This document shows positions 37,136-50,376 of a DNA stretch of 64,000 bases, piece after piece. The position numbers and the translations under genes are program-made. Source of the stretch: Iphione sp. A-MEVVRFRX5 (taxonomy: Eukaryota); NCBI GenBank assembly GCA_976226885.1, contig OZ320322.1, positions 49,786,001 through 49,850,000 on the forward strand. Direction: 5' to 3'. How positions within the stretch are numbered: position 1 is the first letter of the stretch; each line of letters begins with the position of its first letter. Below the pieces are notes generated by a model that made no database searches, was not told the origin of the DNA, and saw only the letters and a program-made list of their open reading frames with translations.

Positions 37136-39114
37136 CTTCACTCTCTCACTCTCTTTATCTCCGTTTTCTACAGCTACAGGTTATTATAGTTGCCCCGGAG
37201 AAAGCTGCGTGGTAGCAAATGGATGCATACATGTGCTGCCTTCTAATAGATGTATTCCTCACTCATCACTGAAACTGCTACAATAGGGATGGCAGGCAAG
37301 GCCAGATGGTGAATGGTCTAATAGTTACGACTGTAAACCGGATGACTATTTGGCTCTCAATGAACCAGCTTGCAGCTGGCAGACCTATCCCATCCCTGCT
37401 AATGACATCTTCTCTAGGCAGGATGACAGAAGAATGACCTTATGTGGGGGATGCTTTGTATAGGAGGTCACATGACAAGAGAGTGAAACCCATGCTGTCA
37501 TCTGTATTGAAAATAATCTAGAAACCACGGGGTATTTCTGTTCACTGACAACCAGAATTGATGTTATCTTAAGCTAGTGCGAGATAAATTCATTGAAATA
37601 GACACGTTCAAACAATGCAAACCCGCCTGTCATGTCCACATTCGTAATAAAATTAAGGAGACGTGGCGATTTCTTCATACAGCTGATGCTACCTTGACTG
37701 AAGTGAAAGTGTTCCACTGTAACTGCCGTTGCTATAGCAAGTCATGCTCACTATGGGACAGCATTCTGTCACCATGGTTCCTCACTAGGTGATTAAACAA
37801 AAGTTTTTATGTGGCATATTGCCTGTTTTATCACTTCTTAGATCAGAACAGTGTCTGATGATAAGAGAAATAGATGTTTTCTCTATGTTGTGAGGTTTTT
37901 GGATCAAGGTTTCGCCTATTTCGGCTCATCAGGCATCATTTAATTTAGCTGTTATCAAGGTGTACAACAATTGTTGAATTTTGGCCATGATCTGAATTCA
38001 AATCATGACGTGTGTTTTATGTGACTTGCATAGCATGTGATATATTGTATCACTTATTGTGGTGAGTCGAGGGCGGGCCATCCTCTCAGTATCGGAAAAA
38101 TTTTTTGACGAGGCAAAAAAAACACATTCGTAATAAAGGCTGTCCTTGGTAATACTGTTCAAAACTTAATCATGAACACGACCGAGACGAATAAATGATA
38201 TCGATTATAATCACTCATATGCAAGAAACAATACTGACGAAATGCTTACTGTGATTCAGAAGTATTTCTAGGCACGTACTGTCGTTGTTTGCTGCCGCTT
38301 GATGGACAGGCCTCCAGCCACGATTGTCCTTAACATCCACTGGACAACCTGCACATAAAATCAGTCTTAGCAGTCAAACTACTTATTCAATTCCTAAAGA
38401 AGAGCAACACTTCGCAAGCCTATGGAATTCGGAAAATTAACTGCTGTGACAGTTAACACGGTTTTTGTGCATGTTGTCGGGTGAGAATAATGCTATGTTT
38501 GCTTTTCTATGAAGAAGGACGTGCCTTTTTACTAGCTCTGCCTGGACATTCTTCCCAGTCAACAACTGGGAGAATGTGTCGAATGATGGGCTGGGTATAT
38601 TCAATGGGCAGATTTATATTATCATCAGCCATACTGCGCTTCAACATGATTGCATGGTGTGGACCTGCAGGCCATTTGCCATGAGCACTGGCAGCTGGGT
38701 GACTTCGCTTTCGGAGAGGGGCTTTGGCGGAATGTTCTCCATGACAGAACCATATCAAAGATGGCACATTCGTCTTTCTCATGCAAATTCTGGCTTGGTT
38801 TACATGAGAAATGACAACTGACGGCGTGAGTTCTAATGCAAAGGCCACATGCATTGATACTTATTGAGATCATTTTATGAATGCACCCAATAAAGAGGGC
38901 TGACTTAATAGAGTAAAACTATATCAATTAGGAAGAAAATATATAGGCTACTGATTTAAAGTCGTCCTTATTAATAATATCGTCCACAGTACGATATAGA
39001 TGGTACCAAAAATAGTTCAATATTACCTTCAGCAATGAGCTGCTTGAGATCTTCCACTCGTCCTAAACGAGTTGCCTGGTGAACGCTTTTACATGGCGGC
39101 ACTTTCCGTGACAT
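31744..39114 (-). CDS. ASB3: Ankyrin repeat and SOCS box protein 3-like (~650 aa, 7 coding exons)
   Basis: Exons 39114-39027, 38348-38250, 36640-36488, 36089-35832, 35472-35292, 35006-34021, 31931-31744. Phases match (1,1,1,1,2,1), total 1953 nt, and the 35291-35007 intron is GC-AG. VDVKDNRGWRPVHQAA, EGFSPLHLAA, GTPIFLAAQEGHEECL and the SOCS box PRSLSHLCRLAVRKAIGSRRL...SLPLPRVLLDYLLF parallel ASB3 as I recall it. Confidence 0.9.
37089..37132 (+). repeat. (CT)n microsatellite within a pyrimidine-rich tract (~36700-37160)
   Basis: About 22 CT units. Confidence 0.95.
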
Positions 39115-39510
39115 GTTGTGAACCCTTAAGTGTTGGAGAGAATGTATATCTAGTATATAAACGTGTATGGGTTTCAGCACATGTAACTTATGAATTATGA
39201 CGTTGACAGTGGCTGTCAAGTCGACTGAATACAATTTTAGATAATCTAGCTAAGAGATAATACAATACGTTAAGAAATAAACAAATAATCCATGGGTGGG
39301 CAATCCAATGGGATAAGATTTTACCATGAGAACATAAAAGCTACATCTAATTTTAATAATGCCAACTTGATGTAAACAGATCGATCTACTGTGGACTGCA
39401 GAATCGAACTTCTATTAGTTCTAAGAAAACTCGGCCAACAATCCATGCACAAATGCAGCAAAAACATGTAGTTTAGCCAGAGCAATACCACATGGATTGT
39501 TAAATGTTAC

Positions 39511-39830
39511 CTGTATCTTCTTGTCAAACATTAAGTATGATATGACATGAAGTCATATTCACATATTTGTCCAATATTGACCAAAAACAATAAAATGGTC
39601 CCCCCTGGTCCGGTTCCTGTTGTTGACGGAAGTCCATCAATCGAAAACTGTTTCGTGCGGCTGTCACCCGATACAATACGTGTCGTACCGAAATCAGCCA
39701 CTAGAGGGTCGCGTGCGGAACTGGCCGAAGAGCAGGTGCCTGCGGTGGGCTGCACATTTGCTGACAAGGCCTGAAAATCTATCTTTCATATAGATTTTAC
39801 TGGCCTACACCGTAATTTACAGCATCTAAG
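39511..39830. promoter_or_regulatory. Putative bidirectional promoter / divergent non-coding first exons of ASB3 (-) and PCGF3 (+)
   Basis: A minus-strand donor CAG|GTAACA at 39510 and a plus-strand donor AAG|GTAAGG at 39831 flank a CpG-containing segment. A CTCF-like CCACTAGAGGGTCGC lies at 39698-39712. Both coding starts sit just after splice acceptors, implying upstream UTR exons. Confidence 0.5.
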
Positions 39831-41487
39831 GTAAGGCTATAGGTTATTCGCTAGATAGGTCATCATGTTGGGGAATGATGGTCCCGGACAACGCCTCAAA
39901 ACAGTGTTGACTTGTTCATCATCGTGTTATTGTTCACCGCTTGTTGACGCGACGTCGTGTCTTTTTCCTTTTTTTTCAACACAGGGAGAATGCTGATTAT
40001 CCTGAACAGGTCATGGTTGTGTCTTTAAGCAGGATTTGTTTTATTAAGATATCAACGCTTTACTTATATATGGTCTGCTTTGTTGTTGACTCGGCGAACG
40101 GAGTGACGTCCACAAGCGTGAAAGTAACACATTGACCCAGTTTGCCATCCAGCACTCGCTGCATTACGATCAGATATAACTGCTATATACCCACTACAGT
40201 AATGAAATCCTTTGCCATCGAAACGCAAATTTCATTATTGTTCATTGCTGGAACATTGTGTTTACTATAACTCTTACTGATAATGCATGAACAGATAACC
40301 TTTGTTGGTTACTGGAGAGGATCGACCCGTGACCCGGAAGGCAAACATGCAGGGATCGAGACCTTTAAAAATGTCGGATCGATTAATCACTCGGGAAGTG
40401 GTCTGACTTCTATAAATAGTAATCTTAGCGATGCAAATATCAATGCCATCATTATTTTTGACCGTGTTTGTTCCGGTCAGATCATTTATTTTTATAATTG
40501 CTTCATTCAGTCTCTCGATCCCGGCATTATAGTTGCCACGCAGGTATATTCGGAAGTTTGAGTCCATTGGCATTGGTATTGTCATTGCTTTCGAAGATAG
40601 AAGTGGCAGGCGTGTGTTGGCAGTTGTTGGCGTTAACTTGGACTGTTGCCACTTTTATAAGGATAATTAATCTTGAAAAATAACAATAACTGTAAGTTAT
40701 ATACAGTTCAGGCCAAGGTAGGAATCCAAGTTGGGGACTGGTCAAGTTTGGTTGTACATGTAGTAGGATTCATTTATGTACACATCTCTGTCTCTCTACA
40801 TCTAAAGTCTCTCCATCAGGTTGGACTCTTCTGTGATTTGGTCTTTAACTGGGTCTTTACTATACAGCTATCTGCTGACGATGAAAAGTGAAGGACATTT
40901 TTTTCAAGCTAAATGAGTGCGTTAGTGTGGGATTATTTTGTTATAATGACAGACTTCTCCTATAGGCAATTGGAAATCACTGTGAGGATTGCACTGTGCA
41001 GTACATACTGTGTTTTTGTCCCCCGCCTCATAGAGGGGGGGACATTAGGAATGCTGCCAGCTGGTGTCCCGACCATCCGTCACACTCTTGTGGGTCTTAT
41101 AAGTCTTAAACCCTTCACTCAAAAAAACTGATTTTAATATATGATATTGGTATATATGGCCCCATGGCACTGGGTAATTTTGGTAGTAATTCAAATATTT
41201 TAAAGGTGAAATTATGTCAATTTTACTCTTTTCCTAACACACCTACAAACATACATACCTGGTTCAGGGGTTCCTAGGTCTGACAATGCACATACATACA
41301 CACTCAGTGCTCAGTCATGCAGAACCGAGGGTTTGTAGCAGTCTGGTGCTCAGTGAGGCAGAACCGAGGGGGCTGTGCCCGGTCAGGCAGAACCGAGAGT
41401 TGTAAACCTGAAGGACTTAAACAAGTCTAGCCAACTACCCCCAAAACAAGCTGCCAATCAAGGTGGTTGTAAGGAGAGAGAGAGAGA

Positions 41488-41523
<36 letters not shown>

Positions 41524-42193
41524 ATACTCATTTTCTCTTTTTTTCTCTCCCGTTCCCCCCCCCCCATCTTTATGGGCAGTTGATGGCGGGGGACAATAGA
41601 CCTCACAGGTCCACACTCTTGTCTTTGTTATTTGGCATTACATCGTGGGACTCTTCGTGTGGCAGGTACGATTTTTTTGGTAACGCCTCGTTTTAAAGAT
41701 CACAATATGGCAAACCCAAACAGGAGGTCAGGTCAACATGTCAAATATTTAGGTCACATAAAGAGCATATTCCATACAGTGCTGAAAAAAGTTCAAAGAA
41801 AATGTTTGAAATCAAAAGTTCTGTAAAAAATCATTTCTTTCACCTTAATTGGAACTACAATGTAATTTGATCACACTTGTTCGATCCCTTTAAGCATTAG
41901 CCCTATGGAGATCTAGTACCAGGTAGTCATAAAGTAAGGACCAATATTTTTCAATAACTGTAGCCATGTTAATGATAGGAAGATGATTCAGAAAGGCCAA
42001 AAAGGTCCATAGTGTGATAATGAAAAGAAGCAGCTACAAACAATTTGGAATTTTTACTGATGATATTACTGGTGATATCAATAAACCACTGGTTTTCCTT
42101 CTCCAAATTTACCGCAGATTCTTTTGTGAAAATATGATTTACTCTTGCATTGTATTTCCAAAAGGATCCAAATTTGGACAAGTCAGTCATTAA

Positions 42194-42517
42194 GGGGCTG
42201 TTCATATGGATCTGTATGAAAAATCCGTCTACAGGTCTGCGACCGTAGATACCCCCTGGGGTGTCTGTAAGTACAAGCACATAGTAGTTTCCCAGATGTC
42301 CCCTAACCATTGCTGCTATGGAAAACGGATCCGCAGGCATAGAAAATCTGTCCTGAATGAATTCTGAAAAAACAGGTATGGGTCCATACCCATACAAAAA
42401 TGGATACAGCCACGTGTGAACACTTTAATTGATTCCTATAGAACAGGTGTGTACGGATTCCTATAGAACAGGTGTGTATGGGTCCAGAGAAAAATACGGA
42501 TACATGTGAACAGCCCC
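42194..42517. mobile_element. PIF/Harbinger-type (Tourist-like) MITE, 324 bp
   Basis: TIRs GGGGCTGTTCAYATGKATC (17/20 identical) with a 3-bp TAA duplication (42191-93, 42518-20). Confidence 0.88.
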
Positions 42518-43341
42518 TAAGAGATAATTTATCTTAGTATTTGAATGCTATTATTTCTCAAGAATAATCAGACCTTACCTCAGAACTGTTGCTCTAAGTA
42601 TGATGAATAAAGAGAAAATCACAAGGCCGTGAAAGGCCAAGAACGTGTAATGTCAAATGATGCAGCGTAACCAATGAATATATATATATTGAGGAGTAAG
42701 TCCATCACTATTGCCTTTCCTTGTCAAATTAGGTGTTCTCATAGGTAAACAAAATTTATAGTCGCAATATAGGGCCACAAAATAAGGAGATGTAGACAAC
42801 AGTTAATGGTAGGTCCTTTATTAAAATCTGCCTGGCTCATTGCCGTAATTTTCAAATATTTATTTGTATAACCCAGTAACACTATTTACTGTTGGGTACC
42901 AGGTACGTATAACCTAATCAACACGATATTATTAAAGGGACACGCACCAGACTATTTCAACCACTGACACTTTGCCAAATTCACGAATGTATTTTTTCAT
43001 TTGTGCAATGGTGGAGATCAGAAGTGGGGAGGACTGGACTCAAATCTCTTTAGTGTACAGAGCATAGTTAAAAGTGTGGAAAATGGGTCTTTCCTTTGCA
43101 GTTAGAAAACTTTACAAAATGAACATGTAGTCCCATATAGCCCACCTGCCTCATCCCCATTGTAAGACTGATACTACTGCCGCTGAAAAGGGAGTGGTTC
43201 TGTAATACTTTCGCTAATAGATAGGGAACTTATGGTGAACAACCATATTAAAGTTTAAGGAAAATTGTAACAAGGTGGGACTGTTGGTACTCGCTTAGTT
43301 TATCACATATTTTAAATACGTATCCGTTCTCTGTCTATGTA

Positions 43342-43511
43342 CAGTCAACTCAGTTAACGACCAGCTCGCAGGGGCGACCAGACCCGAGAAGAGACCAGTT
43401 TTTCAAAGAACCAAAGACATCCATTACTCTGACCCAGAGCAGAATATGTCCAGTGTCAGAGCAGAATTTGTCCAGTCCCAGAGGTGGCCTTGTGTGAGCG
43501 AGAGTTGACTG
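43342..43511. mobile_element. Tc1/mariner-type MITE (170 bp)
   Basis: TIRs CAGTCAACTC / GAGTTGACTG with TA on both sides (43340-41, 43512-13). It ends ~68 bp before the acceptor of the first PCGF3 coding exon. Confidence 0.8.
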
Positions 43512-43586
43512 TAGTTTGAAACCGGCTCAATCATTGAATACAGCCACATTCGTTTCATCAACAGCTGCTTTTCTTCTAGCGCCAAG

Positions 43587-46500
43587 ATGCGCCACCGGAA
43601 TGTGATGGAGCGGCGGATCAAGCTCCGCCAGCTCAACGCCGAGATCACGTGCCGCCTGTGTGACGGCTACCTCATCGATGCCACCACCATCACCGAGTGC
43701 CTGCATACGTGTGAGTAACTCGCCGTCAGTTGCTAAGTGATCTGCTCAGACTGAGGTTGCATATTATATCTCCTACTAAGTCACCTAGATTTTTTTTCTT
43801 TTAAATCTTACTGGATCCTGTATTGACTAAAGGTTATCTGAGTTTATTCCAATCGCATAGAGTTCCCTGGGTGGCGAAAGTTCCACGTGAGGAAAAAAAA
43901 TATTTATATGTACGTGGCCCACTTTCTTCCAAATTTTGATTACTGTATTCTACTCCGCCTTCAGGCAGCATTTCAAAGATATAAATTTTATCAACATAGC
44001 TTTTGAAGCAATTCTACATTTTGTTTTCCATAGTGCTATTTGCTGCATTGACATGAGACGGCATTGTGAAGCGATCATTTGCTGCTTTTCATTACAAATC
44101 GCTTTGTCGTAGTCCCGTGCACATTACTTTCAGGGTATCTAACAAAATAAACTGTGTTCAGTTTTCATAGTACTTCATATCAGCTAAAGGTGTTCTTTTG
44201 CCCTCCGTGAGAGTATAGAAGATGCACTTTAAAAATCAGTATTCTAATTCATTTACAATGACATTGTCTTATTTTCGTCATTTTTATGTCAACCGTTCAG
44301 TTCATTTGCTCTCTCTCTCCAGTTTGCAAGTCGTGCATCGTCAAGTATTTAGAAGAAAAGAATACATGTCCACGATGCAAAAACCTGATCCACCAGAGTC
44401 ATCCCATGAACTACATAAGGTAAACGTGTCGTCAACCAATACATGTTCACTTCTTGAGTTTGTTCCAACTGTAGAAATTACATTTATAATTCGAAGGTGT
44501 TTGAGATATATTAAAAATGTCTTGCATGAGGAGAATGCTAATTAAAGTTATAATTCATTAATTTTCTATTGTAGTCACGACCGGACAGTGCAGGACATTG
44601 TCTACAAACTAGTACCCCATTTACAAGAAAGTAAGTGACACTTCATTATTACTGTATTCTCATTTAGATTTATATTAATTAGTTTGCAGTTGTTTAAAAT
44701 ATTACTAGAAGCCTTAGATGAAGTGCATTAGACAGTTCAATATTTGGTATTTCACATCATTTGTTGTCATTTCAATCAATAGACAAGAAGGACTGTTTTA
44801 TTTACACAGACGAATTCAAGCGTCAGCAGGAGTTTTACAGAAAACGAGGACTGCCCATGCCAAAAAGTAGCATCGGTAGGTCAAATATCTATTGCTCTGA
44901 CACATAAGAGAAACTGTTAACAGTGCAAATCTTTGTCTGGTCACTTATCCTTCACCCTCTCTAATTTCTCAAAGTCAGTTGAAATTTCTTTCCTCTTATA
45001 TCTGTTAAAATATGACACATACATTTACGAAGTTTCGTTGAGACACCTGTAAACACACACATTCAACCATGATAGCTCTGATGTAAACTTCGAAGATGTT
45101 GAATAACAACTCAAACTCAAAACCAAAGTAAATTTTCGATATTCAAATGGCCAAATATTCAAGATCGAGTATCCCCCACCAGTGTTTGTGAGCCCTCCAT
45201 TTTGTCTTCCTTCTTGGAGCAACTCGGGCTATTTTTTTGTCCCTGTCCCTAAGCAGGATGCGATCCAGACAAGAAAGACGCTGGCTCCACCAAGGAGACG
45301 CAGCCGGCAGCGGATGAGGATTGTCACCGCTCAGACGAGCAGGTTAACGTGTGCCTGGAGTGTGACACTAACAAGCTCAAGGAACTCAAGCGTCGCTACC
45401 TGAGGTGCTCGTCACACACCACCATCACGCACCTGCGCAAGTTCCTGGCGCACAAGCTCTACAACAACAAAGGCCGATTCAAAGAGGTGAGCTGAATCGG
45501 TGGGTGGGTGGGTAGGTGGGTGGGTGGATGGGGGGAATCACATTGTAAACTTGATGCACCACGAGTAATATGGATGAATCAAACAGTTTTTTTTTTTTGC
45601 ATGTTTTCCAGCAGGGTTGAAGATGCAGCCATGTCTTTTCTCGCAGGTAGTGAATAATGTGTATAGATTATATAAATATACGGAAAATGTGTTTCACTTT
45701 AACGTTATTGTTTGAAAAAGATGAACAGCCGTACCCCTGTAAGTGAAGTAGATGCCTTTCGTGATATCACTTCGATGTGGGAACTTGAACAGAGGTGTGT
45801 ATTTGACCACTGTCATTTTAGTTCATTACTTTTAATTTAAAGGGATTAATATAAAGTTGCCCCAGGCCACAACATATGTCTGCTTTCAATTTATCATAAA
45901 GGATCACCCTCATATAAGCCAGATTACATGTGAAAATAATTAACATTAACACTTTGAACCGTTACCTTATGAATCTTTTTTCTAATTTCAGATTGATATT
46001 TTGTGCAACGAGGAAATAGTTGGAAAGGATCATACGTTAAAGTTTTTATGTCTCACCCGTTTGGGATACAAGGTAGTTTAACTTCATTCCTCACATGCCA
46101 GTACCTACATACATATAGCTACCTACCAAGCTTCTTGCCTGCCTGCCTGCCTATCTGTCTGCCAGCCTACGTGCCTTCCTGCCTCTTTTCACATCTTTTT
46201 GCTTGCTTCCCTTTTTGTCTTCCCATCTACCGTCTTACCTACCTATCTATCTCCGTGTATGCCTGCCTTTCTTCCTCACTGTGAAAGTTAACATTAACTG
46301 TAATGTTAACCTTACCACACCTAGTGTCATCCCCATCCAACCTGGCCATACTGACAGCCTATGAACTCTCCTGTATATCCTGGGGTTCCAGGTATGGTAC
46401 CAACTATCTATGACCTTAGTCCAACATTCTCACCTTTGTAACCTCGCCTAGCTGTGAGACCTAATGTCAGTGGTAATATTAACTTGACCACACGTAGTGT

Positions 46501-46911
46501 AACCCCCCGATCTAACCTACAAACTCTCCTATATCTGCCTGTGGTTCTGATTACCCACATTCATACCCAGACATTCTCATCCATCCGTCTTCACCTAGTT
46601 TTGGAAGTTAACGTTAACGTTGATGTTAACTTTAACACATCTAGGTAATGTTATCCCCCTATCTAACCAACACTTCAGATCTAAGACCTGCATGCCCTTA
46701 ATTAGCTACAGACAAATGAAATAAAAATAATATAATCAGGATTAGTAGGAGAAAAAAAACTCTGTTTATTATGTCATTACGGCTTGTTGTATTACATGAA
46801 CATGTGACATCGTCACCCGCTGGCTGAACAAAGGTTGAATGAAATCCTTTTTGCCTACTTTTTCAGGACCGGCCGCTCATGCTTCACTATCGGAAGCGCA
46901 TTGACCTCTAG
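43587..46911 (+). CDS. PCGF3: Polycomb group RING finger protein 3 (PCGF3 / l(3)73Ah-like), ~232 aa, 7 coding exons
   Basis: Exons 43587-43710, 44323-44419, 44575-44630, 44810-44875, 45257-45486, 45992-46072, 46867-46911. All GT-AG, phases match, total 699 nt. RING: [41 protein letters not shown], then [24 protein letters not shown]: [13 protein letters not shown]...[18 protein letters not shown]...PLMLHYR. Confidence 0.96.
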
Positions 46912-48907
46912 CTTTGCTGCATCATTACACAAACCTCTTCAAATGACATCGAATCAAATCGTGTGTTTTTTTCCCCCAGTGTCATCTTGAGTTGTTCGCC
47001 GGACCATTGATATACTCTCCTCCATCTTTCCATACCTTCATCCGAGCCAAGCTTTCATCCCACTTGTCATGTGCGTGTGTGTGTCTGTGTGTGTGTGTGT
47101 GTGTGTGTCTGGGCGTGATGCTGTCCTCTCTGTATCCGACGACGCGTACGTAGTCCCAGCCTTGTCATCACCGTGTGGTCGTTTATATTGTTATCACTGT
47201 TCCACCCGCACTAACCCTAGGGCGGTGGTTATGTTCACGCGAACGCTTGTTAGACGCATAAACCGGTTTAGGTGTTGGTGCACCTAGTGAGAAGTTCGTC
47301 ATTCTTTTTTTTTTAACGAGCCTGTTATCCTCTTGAAAACGAAAACCCAGTCCGATCTGATCTCCTTCACCTGTTGTCAGTGGCTTCTCTCACCTGTGAG
47401 GTTTACATATATGTATATGTGTATCATTAACCATCTGTGCCAGTTGTCAAGAGAGCGCATAGTCTTATATTTTGGGCCAGTCAGTCTGATAGTGAAGGCT
47501 TTCGCTTTAGAATACCTTTTTCGGATTATCAAATCAGAACGTTATATTTCTAATGCATCATGCCCGCCACCTCTCCAGCTCCGCTACCGTGGAAATCACT
47601 CATTTTGGAAGTCTACAGTAACAGTAGACGCCCGTGATATTGTCAATTCATACATTAAGAAGTAGATTTGTAAATATGGCATGTGGTATTGTAACTGAAA
47701 ATTGAACAGCACAAGAACGCCTACGCGTTTTTCCTCTCGCTAACTATTAGAATACCACCACTGTATGTCGCTGACATAGGACTCTTTAAATCATCTGGTC
47801 GTGTAGCTAACTGTGGCCCCAGTAAGGACAGGAATATTGAGTGTGGCATTGTAGCCCACAGTGAAAGTATGACGGAATGCCTGCCAGTTTTTCATCGTTA
47901 TGCGAAGCATTTTAATCCCACTGTGTGCCGCTGCAATGGAGCTGTTTTATCACCTGGTTGCTTATAGTGAACTCCGGGTTACTATCATTAAGGAGAGGAA
48001 CCTGCACTCTACTCCGTGTCATCGAAAACGTCGAGGCGTCATTTTAGAGGCGATGAAATTATTTTGAAATTAACCAACGCTAACTGTAGATTGCATAGGG
48101 AAACAGAGGGTTTTCTTCCAATGAATTTATACGAAGTTGTCAGTTTGAGCTTTAGGCGTGGTATCTGGAGTTGATTGTAAATTTGGTGAATTAATAGATA
48201 TTCCATGCTATGCTCAAAAGAAGCACTGTGAGACATTCTACCAGTACTGTGTCAGTGTACGATAGACTGTCGTAGGTACCGAGAAAGTCCATGATCTGAT
48301 ACTGAGTGGTGACAGGTATAATTAATAGTGAGCAGTTTTATCAGTGTTTCCCTGAACTAAAATTATATGTAGAACTAATGCCACGTTGTGAAAAAAAAAT
48401 ATGCACGAATATTAAGAGGCAAAGCGTATTTATATGCAATCGTTTTCTATTACAATTTGATCTTAATGTCATCTTAATATAATGTTTTATTGAAATTTTT
48501 ACTTTCAGTATTCCATCTAGCATCAGATATACATAATGTTTTCATCCAATTCTATTGCGACATAATAATTCATTTGGACATGTATTGGTCCTGTCGCCTG
48601 CTATCAGTAAGAAAATTGGACATTTATTTTAGGAGCAAATTGGCATTATTTAGCATTAACGGAAGACTTCTGTCTGTAAAGATGGGTGTGGAAGAAAAAA
48701 AGACTTGTGTCGGTATAATGACGTCCCTTTCCTTCTGTAATTTATTCAATATTTAAAAGTTATTTAATGATAAGAGAGGGAGGAAAAAAACCACAGGAGT
48801 GCTCCAACACCATCAAGATGTTGCCGTTCAATGTAATATTTCCATCGTTCACATCATTGTCATTTTTGTATATGGATCATACAGTCGTGATAGTGCCTCG
48901 CCAGATA

Positions 48908-48913
48908 AATAAA
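48908..48913 (+). terminator. Candidate polyadenylation signal for PCGF3 (~2-kb 3' UTR)
   Basis: AATAAA followed by a GT/T-rich tract (GTCATGTTTATGTGG...TTATTTATTTG). Other sites are possible. Confidence 0.4.
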
Positions 48914-50078
48914 AGTCATGTTTATGTGGACTTATTTATTTGATTCTAATTGCGATATACAAGCCAGTAACAAGTTTTTTTTACCCACCGTATTAACACA
49001 GAATTATCATGTTTTTTTATATAACTCAGCTGGTCATTGCCTTAAAAAAATCTCAGTAATAAACAGCTTTTCACGCGTTCCACAAGAAGTATAAATTTAC
49101 TGAACATAAACTGAATTACATATAGATGTCAGAATCGTTTATATATATATTTTGGTACGGATTGAGTTATTTTTAAATCCAATACCCACTCTTTAATCTA
49201 TTGGAAGTGAAAACAGCAAAGCTTATTAAAAATAAACATTTTTTCCTTTATCTGAATTCTGAGATTACCCTAAAGTTCACCAGGGTAGCATAATTATCAA
49301 AGAAAGGCTGTCTGTATTAACTTGACAATTTGTAAGTACACACCCTTCATTTTATGTGTATAAAATAGATTAAAAATGACAGTCCCTCTAATTGATATTA
49401 CATTAGTCTCCATCGAATATCTTGATATAAGATCATTTGGTTTCCAGGTATTAGTTCTACTACAATTGTCTCTATCGTTCCCATAGTTTTTTTTTCAGGT
49501 AGACGTTCATGGCATTGCTTACAAGTCACCCTATGAAGTGCAATTCCTGGTAGTTTCCATTACTTATTGATCTGAGGCAAGCAAGTTGAGCCATCATGCC
49601 AACGCAAACATGCCCACACGCCAGGCTATCGATGAAGCATCTGCTTCTCGTGATTTATCTATAAGGCTTATCACCGTTCCTTTGATCACTACATGCGATA
49701 GCAACGCCATCGGCCGGAATCCTCGGGCGTATATGTACACACTTGAAAGGTTGAAGTAAAGTGAAGGCTTAGCAAGACGGAGCCTTGAAGACGAAAAAGT
49801 CCCAATTAGGAATGTATCAGCTGTATAGTCGAGTGTTAGCAGGCACCCTGGGGACCAGATGTAGATGATTTTACATAGAACGGACTGATAAAGTTTAGAG
49901 TTTATCTGACTGCCTTCTATTGGAAAAAAGAAATCGAAGGATGTCTCTGTGCACACTAGCAACACTGTGATAATCAGCGGAGATCGTACCTAGTGATAGT
50001 GTTTCTGTTCAGTAGATTATTAGATCTCAACCACAGGAAGCATTCAAGATGAGTGGCAGGCTCTTTGATCGGGATATA

Positions 50079-50376
50079 TGGCCTGTTCGCATGTATCTGT
50101 ATGTTTTATGGCTACCGACACATAATCATGTCGACCATTCAGATGTACACCTCTCTGTCTATTTATATCTACGGATCCGTAGACGTAGATGATGAGTCCA
50201 TCTAGGACAGATTTTCTATGACTACAGATCGGTATCTCATAGACTCCAATAATAAAATACATTCGGTTAACAAATGGTGGCAATTAAAATATGGACACTG
50301 CAGGGGATACCTATGTCTCCGGACCTGTAGACACATTTTTCGTCCATGTATCACGCGTGTACATGTGAACAGCCCC
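50079..50376. mobile_element. Diverged second copy of the Harbinger-type MITE at 42194-42517, in opposite orientation
   Basis: Right TIR ACATGTGAACAGCCCC, left TIR degenerate (TGGCCTGTTCGCATGTATC). The internal GGACAGATTTTCTATG and GACCTGTAGAC motifs are reverse complements of motifs in copy 1. Confidence 0.7.

Noticed and set aside
40150-40585. 103-aa - strand ORF / possible LINE RNase H relic (IPAWQL ... TIYR ... VISD)
   Set aside because: The motifs fall in different frames and the catalytic YTDGS is absent.
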